A stretch of 44,369 nt of DNA, taken from Octopus sinensis (taxonomy: Eukaryota). Below, one piece after another: positions 25,031 to 37,726 of the stretch (within the stretch, counting starts at the first letter, position 1; each line of letters starts with the position of its first letter). The stretch covers positions 1 through 44,369 of the forward strand of contig NW_021834675.1 in assembly GCF_006345805.1 (NCBI RefSeq). The letters are read 5' to 3'. The translations under genes and the position numbers were made by a program. The notes under the pieces were generated by a model, which saw only the letters and a list, made by a program, of their open reading frames with translations, was not told the DNA's origin and did no database searches.

Positions 25031-25225
25031 TGGAGAAGTCCCAAAAAAAACACAACAAAAGACGAAGGTAGGTGGTGTAGACAACAAACAAATGTATTAG
25101 AATAACGCCCGGGAAGTGAAAAAGTGGTTAACGTTTCGAGCCAACGCTCTACCACAGGAAGGAACACAGAAAGAAACGAAGAGAGAAAATAAAGAATGTG
25201 TAGTGGCTAGCGATCTATTATGGCG
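25031..25225 (-). mobile_element. Repeat family F, second copy
   Basis: Homologous to 19814-19985; (TA)n tracts on both sides. Confidence 0.65.
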
Positions 25226-25244
25226 AAAAATGATACAAGTTTAA

Positions 25245-25284
<40 letters not shown>

Positions 25285-25285
25285 T

Positions 25286-25407
25286 GTCACGTGATCACGT
25301 GACCTATCCGGCTATCAGATGTTGCTACACATCGCTGGTCACAATGCGTCTTAGCATTGTTTTAGCCTTCAAATGACGCCACCCCCCGCGGCTAAGCGAG
25401 CAGGCCA

Positions 25408-25408
<1 letters not shown>
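25286..25408 (-). mobile_element. Family B SINE, 3' tail only, embedded in (TA)n
   Basis: cacgtgatcacgtgac...atcgctggtcacaatgcg...ggctaagcgagcaggcc. Confidence 0.85.
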
Positions 25409-25467
<59 letters not shown>

Positions 25468-26011
25468 GCTGACGTATGCAATGCAAAGCAACACAAAACT
25501 TGCTCTCCGATACACAACTTCTGAACAAACGTAATGAACTAAGAATCAATTGCGATCACCTGTTCCTTTGATCGTTCAGGGTTTTCTCCAAACGGAGAAA
25601 ACAAATGAATTGAGCAATTCGGAACTGGATTCTCAAAATCTGTACTCTGCATCAGACCCGCACTATTATTTGACACACCTTAACTACCAATTACACCTTT
25701 TTCTTATTGAATGAGTTTTATTCGCGTAATTCTTCCGATGGTCATACGTATGCTCGGGCATGCACACATATCTACAAACTAACGGGGGCGGGTACAGTCA
25801 GCCATTCCAGCAGACATCACAACAACGCAGCGAAATACTACGTTTAGTACACTCGCACACCCGCAAACCTAAATGACAAAATCACTTATGCGCACACACA
25901 TCTACATACACAGACATACACACACGCACATGCACATATCCACGCTCACAACCTAAATACGTTCGCGCATGCACGCATTTGTAACGAGCTCTGTTTCTTT
26001 CCATTTTATTA

Positions 26012-26152
26012 TACTCTTTCTCTTTTACTCTTTTACTTGTTTCAGTCATTTGACTGCAGCCATGCTGGAGCACCGCCTTTAGTCGAGCAAATCGACCCCG
26101 GGACTTATTCTTAGTAAGCCCAGTACTTATTCTATCGGTCTCTTTGCCGACC
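26012..26152 (-). mobile_element. Family A SINE, 3' tail fragment
   Basis: tactcttttacttgtttcagtcatttgactgcagccatgctggagcaccgcc...ctatcggtctc. Confidence 0.85.
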
Positions 26153-26493
26153 ACTAAGTATGGCTAATCTTATACACATTTTCAGATTATTCTTATTCTG
26201 ATTCCGTGCAGAGCTCTCGGATTTCTTTCTCCACAATACTTGCGTGGTTTCTCATTTGAAATGATTTTCTGTTTACATAGATGGGATATTCTTATGACAA
26301 AGAAATAAACAATTATCTTATGAGCACCATTAGCTTACAGCTGTTTCTGGCATAAGACACTAAATTAATTATCATTCATGCTGAAGGTGATACTCAGGCC
26401 CTCAACTATGAGTCCACTGCTTATCATTACAGGAACAGCCGTAAGCTACTGGAATTCATAAGATAATTGTTTATTGCTTTGCCTTAAAGATTA

Positions 26494-26494
<1 letters not shown>

Positions 26495-26550
<56 letters not shown>

Positions 26551-26551
26551 C

Positions 26552-26597
<46 letters not shown>

Positions 26598-26620
26598 TTA
26601 TCTATCTATCTATCTGTCTG

Positions 26621-26670
<50 letters not shown>

Positions 26671-26671
26671 C

Positions 26672-26714
<43 letters not shown>

Positions 26715-26719
26715 CATCC

Positions 26720-26766
<47 letters not shown>

Positions 26767-26795
26767 CATCTATCTATCTATCTATCTATCTATCC

Positions 26796-26839
<44 letters not shown>

Positions 26840-26840
26840 G
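26495..26840. repeat. (TATC)n tetranucleotide tract
   Basis: Direct reading; explains the YLSI ORF. Confidence 0.95.
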
Positions 26841-27489
26841 TCGTTATATATGCATGCATGCATCTTGTTCTGCTTAACATTCTTTGCTTACTACCTCTCT
26901 ATCTCTCTCTATCTCTCTCTCTTTCTCTCTCTCGCGTGCACGCATACATATAGACAGGTTGGGAAATTAATTTTAGCAGTTATGGTGTTATTTTCTTTTA
27001 GAAATGTATCAACCCATATTTACAAGAACACTACTACTACTACCACCACCACCTATACCACCACCTTCTCAACCACCACTATTACTACTAATAATAATAA
27101 TAAACAGCAACGGATCATGATAAAACGATGGCCATAAAAGCACCTTGGTAGCAAATAATAATATACACAAGAAAGAGGAGAAGAAGAAGAAGAAGAAGAA
27201 GAAGAAGAAAGAAGAAGAAGAAGAAGAAGAAGAAGAAATGTCGCACAAGAACATGAAACACAAAATATGGTACATGAAGAATAAAACCTTTTCTGACGAC
27301 AACAGGCATAATAAGAAAATCGAAGCAGCCAGAATTACTAAATCTTTGATAAATAGGTCTCGATGAAAAAACTCATTAATTATTGCCATTACCATTATAT
27401 ATATATATATAAACACAAATATATATACACACATACATATATCCTCATACACACACGCACACACATGTATATACGTGTTGTTTCAAGTC

Positions 27490-29260
27490 TCAACCAGTGA
27501 CCTGAAGTAACAGCAAGTTGACCGTTTTTCTATGGGTGTTATATCTTATTCACAATGAATAATTCTGTCTCCTGCGGGAAGGAGTCAGAATCTGTGCAAT
27601 ATATGATATTTCCTTTTTCAATATTTAGAAGAGAATCAGTTGTTTTGCTTAGGACGTTAGGAGAATCCATGGGAAGAAACTTTTGTAATTATGATGCCTT
27701 GGGACTTTTTGGGTAATCGGCCATAGTGTTTAAGAGCGGCTTTTCATATTGGTTTCAAATATCCGATTATCACAGCACACTTTTCGTTGTTAGATGCTAC
27801 ATTTGGAGACCTGCATTTTAAGATCTTTATATGTACTTAACTTCTCACACGTTTTTGCACAAGCGTTACCGTCCTCTGGGATTGCCATATCTTTGAGCAG
27901 ACAGGCTTTGACAATCTGATTTTTTACCTCAATATTTGGTCTCTTGGCCTATATAGCACGATCCCAGAGAACAGTGATATCTTTATTTTCCACCTCTTTG
28001 TCTGGTATATTCTTCAACTAGTTCTCATATTTGAATTCAGAGTTACTGCACGTGAGCCGGTGCAGATACAGGCCAAGACTATTATGGCCAGTAATATAGA
28101 TATTTGACGCTAGCCTAGAGTATCCACAGATGAACAATCAAGTGTTTCTCTTGTCTCATTACAAAAGCGTGAGGGCATGATCAGCTCAGATATTATGAAT
28201 GCTTTTTTTCTATCAGGAAGATTTATGTTTTTTCAGTAATGATCGATGTTACTATTATACGAATGGATGTGAGAGATATAGTTGGATTTTGAGGGTCATT
28301 AGCTTCTCATTTTGTAGGAGAAAGTTACTCCATATACAAGCTGGGGCGAGAGTTTCCTGTAGCAATGCATAATGCTCAGTCTCCCATGAGATTCCGGAAA
28401 ATCCTTCAGCCAAAAGTTCGGGATATCATTTTTCCCTGTTGATTTCCAATCGCTGTATTTTCTCAGTGCAGTCCTGAAATCATCAATAGAGACGCCATAT
28501 TTGCTCTTAAATATATCAAGACTCTACAAACGGTTGATGAATCCGGGGAGCATCACGATTGCACATTTTATAGTTCGATCAGTTTGATGTCCAAATTTTT
28601 GCCCTTTCACATCTTTTGGTGTGTTCTTAGCATTTATATTATCTTTTGCAATTTTCCTATAAAAACGTTTAGGATTATTCTGGAATATATTTTTAACCTT
28701 ATAAAGGTTACATCTTTTTTCTAACCTCAATATACCTACTCGATTGGCTAGGATAATTTGCATGATCCTTGTGTCAGTTGAACCATCGATTTTCCTTAAG
28801 CTTTTACTGTCATATTTTCTTTTCAGCTTCTTAAGATTTGGAGTCTCAAAATCTTTTCTTTTGCTGTTTATATTCTTTAGAATTTCAATATCAAATCTTT
28901 ATACGCGATGTTCTTTCTAATTCAAACTTGCCATGGTAGCTTCCTGTTTATATGTGGAGTATGTCTCTTTATCTCAATACCACATAGTCCAGGGGCTACT
29001 GAAGCTGAAGAATATGGTAGAGTATTGGGCAAGGTGAAAGATCTACTTAAATTTCATACAAGAAGGATTTTATAACTCTGTTTATCTGGCCTATTAATAT
29101 ATCACTTTGCATCGAGTGGTGAAACTGGCTGAAGATCATTGCAATCCTCCAGTTCGGTGTGTTTCAATCTGAGCTATTCGGATAGAAGTTTACTTCTACA
29201 TTACCAAGTTCAAGTTCTGTTTTCCCACTTCCATTGAAATAACCCTCAGTCAAATCAGCG
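27490..29260 (-). mobile_element. Decayed, internally deleted RLE-type non-LTR retrotransposon (R4/Dong-like)
   Basis: Minus-strand remnants in order: FQNNPKRFYRK (28524-28763); DWKSTGKNDIPNFWLK (start of RT); degenerate C..C..ETLD knuckle; VLWD...KRPNI....CLLKDMAIPED...EKLSTYKDL (PD-(D/E)xK-like RLE domain). Confidence 0.72.
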
Positions 29261-30214
29261 TCTGCTAAAATTTTGTCGATTACCTCGCTTCGGGTATTTG
29301 AATGGGGAGGGGGGATGTTTTGTATCATTATTTGCATACTTATTGCGTTCTTATTTTATAACTATTGGTCTGAACATAAGATTGTATATGTTATATATCC
29401 AGTCGTTTCCTGCAAAACATTACCTAACATATTATGTTTGGGCTATTTGTATGGGTCTCTTTCTCTAATTTATGTTCAATTTTCAACCACCTGTTGAAAA
29501 GTATAATACAGTATGATAAACCTCTAGAAAGTCCCTATTTTACCTCTAGTCCCTTTTTTTCTTCTAGCTGGAACAAATGAAGACTATTTATAAGCAGTTT
29601 CATGTCAATGTTTTTTGGTAGGGCTCAAAGCAATGGCAGATTTTTCGACAGAGAGGAGACTCAATCTCTTTTCCTTCCGGTGGTCGTTTGATGCGGTTTC
29701 CATTTCTTATTTTAGGTATTTCCATATACTTGGATATCGTTCTTCTCACCAGGTTAATGCTTTTATAGTTATGCAAGAGAGAGGCCCCTAAGAGTTGGGG
29801 AAAGATGCTCTACTTGTCCCTTTATACAAACCAGATTACCATAATTTTTAATTTATTCATTTCTTCCTTAGATTTTTTATTTACATTTTTTTATTTTCAT
29901 TTTTCTTTTATATTTCTTATTAGATGAAAATATTTCATTGAATTGTACAAGTTTCTAGCTTTTTATCTGACTTTACATGATTCTGCAACTGGAAATACTT
30001 TCTGTTTGATTTCTAGTTTTGTACCTGCTTACTTATGTAGTTGAAAATGAATGCAACAAATTCTGAGTCTTGTGTTAGCCAGATATTTATGCGGCGGGTC
30101 AGATATTAAAAGTTGATAGGTACCATTTCTATTCATTGTCTTAGTTAGTAGTGCGTAAATAAGAGGAGATAGCGGAAGAAATGGAAAAAGGGATACCGAC
30201 ATACATACATAAAA

Positions 30215-30259
<45 letters not shown>

Positions 30260-31701
30260 CATACACACACACATAAATATACACACACCCATGTATATAT
30301 ACGTATATAAATTAAAAAACAGTCAAACGCAACTGTTACTCAAATCATTTATACTTTCAACATATGTTTCGTAAAAGCATTGAGATTATTCCGGAGGGAA
30401 TAAATATGATGTAAAACAATGCAATCATCACGTCAGGGAAAAAAGGGAACAAAATATTAATACGCTATTTTAACCGAACATGTTTACAGCGTATGTAAGA
30501 ATATGATGTTAGTAGAACGCTAGCAAGGAATTTAAAAAAAACGGTTAATATATTTAATACCAGAGTTAATTTAGAGAAAGCTAAGTGTGAAAGAGAACGA
30601 AATTAACAGAAAATTAAGAGTGGAAAATTATGTGATAGATGTATGGGGATAAATTTAGAAGCGTGGAAATAGATATATGAAGTGGAAACGAAATGTAGAA
30701 GACAGTTAAAGATCGAATTTTATAGATTTGTAGAAATTACTGATAGGAACTAAAGGTATGTTTTTGCTAAAGTTTAAAACGATAGTCGCGTTCTTTAACG
30801 TGTTTACAAGAGTATTCTTCGAGAAAAGGATGAAAATAGCCCTTCGTTACAGAGAGGACAAAAATATTTACCTTTGTCAAAAGGGAAGGATCTAGATAGA
30901 ATTTTCCATTCCAAACCGTAGTTTATTTATGTTTCTTTAGATACCAAATTAATTAGAGAGCAAAATAAGCTCAGTATTGTTGCATTTCTTGATATGTCTA
31001 AATGTAGAATAATGGGTAGATATTCTTTTCGACGACTGAGACGTAGAGCTACCTATATATAACAAAGAGACATTTTTATTCCCTCCAGAACAATCTCAAT
31101 GCCATTTCGAAATATTTGCTGGAATATAAATGAGCTGAATATCACCTGCGTTTGATTCCATTTCTTACTTTACCCATGTTATACAAAATCATTTCAATTA
31201 ACCTGTAATTTTTACCTTCTAAATAGTCTGTACTACCTTTGGCACTTATGTGAATTTTTTCTCCCTGGTAGCCATTTGTTTGTTTTTTGCTGAGTATTCG
31301 TAAACATTGAAAAATATTCATACATTCACACACACAGACACGCACACACGCACATATAGACATATATACAAATATATATATAGAGAGAGAGAGACAGAGA
31401 GACCAAAGTGTACGCACGCCGCCATATGCATATAAAAATGAATGCAACAAATGGGACAAGAACGCAAAACACCCAAACAATTAGATGATATAAAAAAAAG
31501 GGACAACAAAATATCCAGACTCTTTGGGGCTGGCCACATCAGAGCAATATCGAGTATAACGAGCCGAAATTGCAAAGATAATCTGGAACTCGACTAAAGA
31601 AAGAAAACTCTGAATGACTCGTCCTTGCATTTTCTTGTCCATTTTTGTATCATCTAACAGTCTGGACGTTTTGTGTTCTTGCCCCATTTTTTGTATTCTT
31701 T

Positions 31702-31704
<3 letters not shown>

Positions 31705-31739
<35 letters not shown>

Positions 31740-31759
31740 CATATTTAGACATATATCTA

Positions 31760-31822
<63 letters not shown>

Positions 31823-31829
31823 ATATATA

Positions 31830-31868
<39 letters not shown>

Positions 31869-32016
31869 TCTATACATATATATATACATACATATACATA
31901 TATATATATATACATACATATACATACATATATATACATAAATGAAATGCATATACATGCTTAATTACCTACCTACCTACCTACACACACATATATATAA
32001 ATATATATATATATAT
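31705..32016. repeat. (TA)n/(TATC)n/(TACA)n microsatellite
   Basis: Direct reading. Confidence 0.93.
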
Positions 32017-32047
32017 ATAGGAAAAAAGCAACAAGAATGGATTAAAA

Positions 32048-32134
32048 TCTCGGTACGATCGTTTCGTACGAGGACTCTTTAATAAGCTACAAAAAATGCA
32101 GTGAATACAGATGGCTCGTACTCGTCAGCCGAAA
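32048..32134 (-). ncRNA. Type I hammerhead ribozyme (copy 1)
   Basis: Minus strand: UUUCGG-CUGACGA-GUACGAG...CUCGUAC-GAAA-CGAUCG-UA^-CCGAGA. Confidence 0.88.
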
Positions 32135-32419
32135 AAATATCAGAGAATCCCAAACATCAAAAGGGGTAGATATTATGGAGGGGGATGTCTTAGGGGAAAA
32201 CTCGAAGTTTATTTTTTCCATTCTTGCTGAAAAGTTAAGGACCGGAAAAACTACAGATAGTATGGGAATATATTCAGTTAAGTAATTGAGATTCTAGTGA
32301 TTCTAAGAATTCACATGAATATGGTCTTAACTAGGATGCACCGGATATCTATATGGTGTTAGCCATACGACAAGTGGGGTGATTATAAATAGGAAAAAAG
32401 CAACAAGAATGGATTAAAA

Positions 32420-32507
32420 TCTCGGTACGATCGTTTCGTACGAGGACATCTTTAATAAGCTACAAAAAATGCAGTGAATACAGATGGCTCGTACTCGTCA
32501 GCCGAAA
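32420..32507 (-). ncRNA. Type I hammerhead ribozyme (copy 2)
   Basis: Same motif; predicted cut between 32426 and 32425. Confidence 0.9.
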
Positions 32508-32814
32508 AAATATCAGAGAATTCCCAAACATCAAAAGGGGTAGATATTATGGAGGGGGATGTCTTTAGGGGAAAACTCGAAGTTTATTTTTTCCATATCC
32601 GGTGCATCCTAGTTAAGGACCATATTCATGTGAATTCTTTAGAATTCACTAGAATCTCAATTACTTAACTGAATATATTCCCATACTATCTGTATGTTTT
32701 TCCGGTCCTTAACTTTTCAGCAAGAATGGAAAAAATAAACTTCGAGTTTTCCCCTAAAGACATCCCCCTCCATAATATCTACCCCTTTTGATGTTTGGGA
32801 ATTCTCTGATATTT

Positions 32815-32902
32815 TTTCGGCTGACGAGTACGAGCCATCTGTATTCACTGCATTTTTTGTAGCTTATTAAAGATGTCCTCGTACGAAACGATCGTACCGA
32901 GA
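32815..32902 (+). ncRNA. Type I hammerhead ribozyme (copy 3, inverted arm)
   Basis: Stem I tttcgg (32815-20)/ccgaga (32897-902); CTGACGA 32821-27; stem II GTACGAG/CTCGTAC; GAAA 32885-88; palindromic stem III ACGATCGT; GUA cut after 32896. Confidence 0.9.
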
Positions 32903-33889
32903 TTTTAATCCATTCTTGTTGCTTTTTTCCTATTTATAATCACCCCACTTGTCGTATGGCTAACACCATATAGATATCCGGTGCATCCTAGTTAAGGACC
33001 ATATTCATGTGAATTCTTTAGAATTCACTAGAATCTCAATTACTTAACTGTATATATATATATATATATATACACACATCATTAATCTATGAATAGATTC
33101 AGTAACAGTTAACTGGGAAAGAGACAAAACAGTGTTGTTTCCTCTTTGATGGAGGTAGTACAGGTGGTGGTGTTGCCTAGGACAAGATATGTTGCTATGG
33201 GTTTAATTCCAGATGTTGACAAGAACTGACTATTGCGTTCTGTTTCAAGAACAGATAGAAAAATAAACACCATCACATTTTAGAATATTAAATGAAGTTT
33301 TGAAGTGGTAAGAATTTACTTGGCGATGGAGCTTTGCAATATCTGCTTAGCGGTGTCAAAGATATTCAGGTGTACTTTCAGTTTTGTGAGTTATGTAAAT
33401 TCTGATTATTTCACCTGTTCATCATGTGCATTTGTTAAAGTATTTGCTATTCTCTACAATGTTCGTAGTTGTGTAGTTTGTAAATATGCCATCTGCTTAT
33501 CTTCTGCATTAGTCATCAAGCCCGGAGAGTGTTCTGAGTGTTAAGAGCTCGAAATAATTCACATATTTCTTGCACGTACATACATCTACTAGAACCTATA
33601 CACATACGGAGAGTCATTGGAGTTTACTCAAGAGGATGACTACGTTAGATAGACAAGGGCGTTCAAGAGAGTTTCTGAGAAGAAAGTGGGTAGGTGGCTC
33701 TATGCAAATTCGATTAATCAGAAGGCAACTAAATACTCACAACAGAATCGTAGATTTTCAAGTTCTTAAAATTATTTTGAAACATGTCAGTTGTTTGTAA
33801 TTTTGTATGCCGATTTCTTCAACTTCTGACTGGTTAAAGATGACAACAACTCATCCATCAGCTATCAAGCCTGGAGAGGGACTCATTCT

Positions 33890-33894
33890 TCTTC

Positions 33895-33936
<42 letters not shown>

Positions 33937-33984
33937 TTATTATTATTATTATTATTATTATATTATTATCATTATTATTATTAT

Positions 33985-34025
<41 letters not shown>

Positions 34026-34040
34026 TACTACTACTACTTC

Positions 34041-34092
<52 letters not shown>
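33890..34092. repeat. (TTC)n/(TTA)n/(CTA)n tract
   Basis: Direct reading. Confidence 0.93.
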
Positions 34093-34094
<2 letters not shown>

Positions 34095-34303
34095 GGCGGT
34101 GGGCTGGCAAAATCGTTAGCACGCTGGGCAAAATGCTTAGTGCTATTTTGCCCGTCGCTAAGTTCTGAGTTCAAATTCCACCGACGTCGATTTTATATTT
34201 CATCCATTAGGGGTCGAAGAAATGAGTACCAGTTGAACACTGGGTCGATGTAATCGACTCATTTCCTCCCTCCAAATTGTTACCCTTGTGTCAAAACTTT
34301 GAG
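34093..34303 (+). mobile_element. SINE family C (CORE-like), near full length
   Basis: aaggcggtgggctggcaaaatcgttagc...ttctgagttcaaattcc...tttcatcc...ggggtcga...agtaccagttg...gtcgatgtaatcgact. Confidence 0.82.
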
Positions 34304-34304
<1 letters not shown>

Positions 34305-34365
<61 letters not shown>

Positions 34366-34421
34366 CTTACTAATATTATTGTTGTTGTTATTATTATTAT
34401 TATTATCATTATTATTATTAC

Positions 34422-34459
<38 letters not shown>

Positions 34460-34500
34460 GTAGTAGTAGTAGTAGTAGTAATAGTAGTAGTAGTAGCAGT
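34305..34500. repeat. (TTA)n/(TAG)n tract
   Basis: Direct reading. Confidence 0.93.
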
Positions 34501-34628
34501 ACTAGTGCATCTGTGGTTATATAGTTGTATTGTTGCTGTTCGAGGTATAAATTTTGCTATAAAATTTTAGCGTCAATAAGCATGTTTATATGTGCACGTG
34601 TGTTTATATGTATACACACTTACTCACA

Positions 34629-34659
<31 letters not shown>

Positions 34660-35164
34660 CACACAAATATAGAGACAGAAATAGATAAATAGGCAGACAA
34701 ACAGACAGACAGTAGATAGATACGTACATACGTACAAATGTATATGAATGATTATAAAGGCAAATATGCATTTAAAATTATGTGTGCGTTTTGGTGTGCG
34801 GACATGCATATATGTGTGCATATATTTCGTTTTGCTTGTTGTGTGTAGAGCTGCGTAGATACTTTCATGTGTGCATGATGTGTGGTTCTCCTTAACACTT
34901 CGTTTCTGACAAAACACTACACTGTTCTCACGAATACGGGTATCGATTATATTGCCATTAGAATTTATTAAGACATATGACTGTCTGTGCATGTGATAGG
35001 TGACTGTTGTCAATATGACTAATGGGGCGACTACAATAATGATGGCGACTTTGATAAAGAAGAGGACGGACACTGAAACACGACGGCGACGACGATTGCA
35101 GCCATAAATTTGATGCCAGCTGTACCCCTGCTTCCTCCCTTGCCACTGTTACCGCTCCCATGGT

Positions 35165-35176
35165 GGTGATGATGAC

Positions 35177-35222
<46 letters not shown>

Positions 35223-35270
35223 GTGATGACGCTGATGATCATAATGATGATGATGACGATGTTGATGATA
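35165..35270. repeat. (GAT)n tract
   Basis: Direct reading. Confidence 0.9.
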
Positions 35271-36373
35271 TTAGGCGTAAAACAATGGATGCGGAGGAGA
35301 AGGAGACATATTCAGATTTAATTGATAATAGTGACGACAATGTTGATTAGAATAATGGCGTTGAATGAATCTTTTTGTTTTGTTTTCATTGTTGCTTCAT
35401 TTTCCTCCTCTTGAAATTCAAATCTACCGTTTCGCAATTATTTTTAAAATAGCATACATCCGGTGTTTTTGTGGCAATAATGATTAAAAAATAAAATCAT
35501 TCTGTCAGTTACTGTCTTAAATATTCATAGTGTCAGAATTGAGTCGCATTTCGTTTCTTAAAACAAGAATTAGATGAACACATAGAGATTTTGTGGCTCC
35601 GGTCTTAGAGCAGCTGTTCTAGTTGCTAACCCACGTGCAAGATGCTTTTACAAGACACCACTCGTGTAGATGGCCACTGGCTAGAAAAAGCTCCTCCGTC
35701 CCTGGACAGTTCTTGCATCTGTCAACACCCCAATTGAATGGATATCTAGGTGCAGAACCCTTTTGGTTTACCGGGAAGGTGTCACGCCTTTCAAGTAATT
35801 TTAATCTTGAGTTGGTGTCGATATCCACGGGTGATGTGGAGTAACCTTAAGAATTGAAAGATGCACACATCTTAGATAACCTACTGCTACTGATGCGGCT
35901 GCTGCTGAGAATACTGATGATTATGACGATGCTGATGTTTATTTGCCACATGGACTTCATATGAAGCGAAGACTAAAAAACAGGTTTATAATTTTTCTGA
36001 CAGCTGCCATAAATTCGAATCAGAGAAAATGTGCGCGATGAAATAGATGAATATTGTAAATGCTATAAGACGTTAGTACAAAACAATATGAACACGTGGA
36101 TAATACAGATTCCTAATCAAAGAGTGAGCGTTGAATTAAAGCTAATCTCGAAACCGTAGATATTCAAGTTCACCATCACCAATAACGACACTATTCCTTA
36201 CACTTCAATCATATCGATAGGCGAATGCCAAGATTAGTTCCAGTGACTACAGTAACTTTCATTCCATTCCATCGACCTTACCACAAATTTGCTGAAGGCG
36301 AGCTCTTCCTTTCCTCCAATCACTTGCCGTTGGACACCGGACTAGGAAAAGGACCGATGATTATTTAACTTAA

Positions 36374-36380
36374 TATAAAG
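36374..36380 (+). promoter_or_regulatory. Candidate TATA box upstream of the putative first exon
   Basis: TATAAAG about 60 bp before the ATG at 36436; weak evidence in AT-rich DNA. Confidence 0.2.
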
Positions 36381-36435
36381 GAATTTTCCCTCAACCTTAT
36401 TAGCTTGGCAGCTACACGAAATCAAAACCTTCGCC

Positions 36436-36651
36436 ATGAAGCACATTATAGGTATATGTCTAATACTATTAAAGTATGCAGGTGTGAGTGTGTGGGGTCT
36501 TCCCGATGGAGGGGTCCAACTGCGGGTTTCTTCCTATAAACGACAGCAAAAGTTTGATGTTACGGCACAAATGAGCAATGTTCGTACTCTGCACGTATGC
36601 ATGAAACATGGTTTCGTCGGTCTACGTTACATATCCACCCACCAGAACTTC
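36436..36651 (+). CDS. Candidate first coding exon of an unidentified secreted or membrane protein (72 codons, phase 0)
   Basis: gccATG context; MKHIIGICLILLKYAGVSVWG is signal-peptide-like; non-repetitive sequence; TTC|gtaagt donor at 36652. No homology recognised. Confidence 0.35.
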
Positions 36652-36754
36652 GTAAGTTTGCAGTACATTTTGAATCGGCTGTGCCTCTAGATATCACAGC
36701 AGTTCTGCAGATGTCTGCAAGCTAACCGTTCTAGGCCCCGACCAAAATGCAATT

Positions 36755-36782
36755 GCTGCTGCTGCTGCTACTACTACTACTA

Positions 36783-36814
<32 letters not shown>

Positions 36815-36986
36815 TTACGAGAAATAATAATAATAATGATAATAATAATAATAAGAAGAATAAGAAGAAGGAGAAGAAGAAGAAGAAGAAGAAGAAGAGG
36901 GAGGAGGAGAAGGAGAAGACGAAGGAGAAGGAGAAGAAGAAGAAGAAGAGGGAGGAGGAGAAGGAGAAGACGAAGGAGAAGGAGAA

Positions 36987-37021
<35 letters not shown>

Positions 37022-37125
37022 AAAAGGAGGATGAGGACGAGGAGAAGAAGAAGAAGAAGAAGAAGAAGAAGAAGAAAAAGGAGGATGAGGACGAGGAGGA
37101 GAAGAAGAAGAAGAAGAAGAAGAAG

Positions 37126-37157
<32 letters not shown>

Positions 37158-37200
37158 GGAGGAGGAGGAGGAGGAGAAGGAGGAGAAGAAGTAGAAGAAT
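36755..37200. repeat. (CTA)n/(TAA)n followed by a long polypurine (GAA/GGA) tract with higher-order repeats
   Basis: Direct reading; repeated blocks gaggaggagaaggagaagacgaaggagaagg and aaaaaggaggatgaggacgaggag. Confidence 0.92.
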
Positions 37201-37559
37201 GCTTCATATTTACTACCAGAATGTTCCCAAGGCTGGCGAACGTTACGAATCGATGTGGGCGTTTTACATTGCGAATAAGAAAACAACAATTCTTCAACAG
37301 AAAAGACGGAAAACTACAGTAAACAGATAATTCATATTCATGTTGATAATCATCGTCACACAGTCATATTCCCCAATATTAATACTTCAAATAATAATAA
37401 TAATGATAACAATAATAATAACAACAACTGTAGTAAGAAAAACATTAACGGAATCAACAATGATAATAACACAGAAATGACAAACACAGGTAAGTAGTTC
37501 CCCATCAAATCCCTCATCGACGCCGTTGTCATTACAGCCATCGTTGTCGTTCTTCAGCT

Positions 37560-37659
37560 TCAAATAAAAATAACAACAACTACAATAATAATAATGATAA
37601 TAATAATAATAATAATAATGACAATAACAAAAATAATAATAATAACAATGATAATGATA

Positions 37660-37726
<67 letters not shown>

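Larger units (their letters stand above)
32017..33050. mobile_element. Array of a 379-nt hammerhead-bearing unit: about 1.55 copies on the minus strand (32017-32596), then about 1.2 inverted copies (32595-33050); retrozyme or Penelope pseudo-LTR-like
   Basis: atatccggtgc recurs at 32595 and 32974 (period 379); 32595-32931 is the reverse complement of about 32017-32347; (TA)n on both flanks; no coding capacity. Confidence 0.88.

Noticed and set aside
36836-37330. Arg-rich 164-aa ORF resembling a protamine
   Set aside because: It is the (GAA/GGA)n polypurine tract read in one frame; its Met lies in a (TAA)n tract and there is no other gene evidence.
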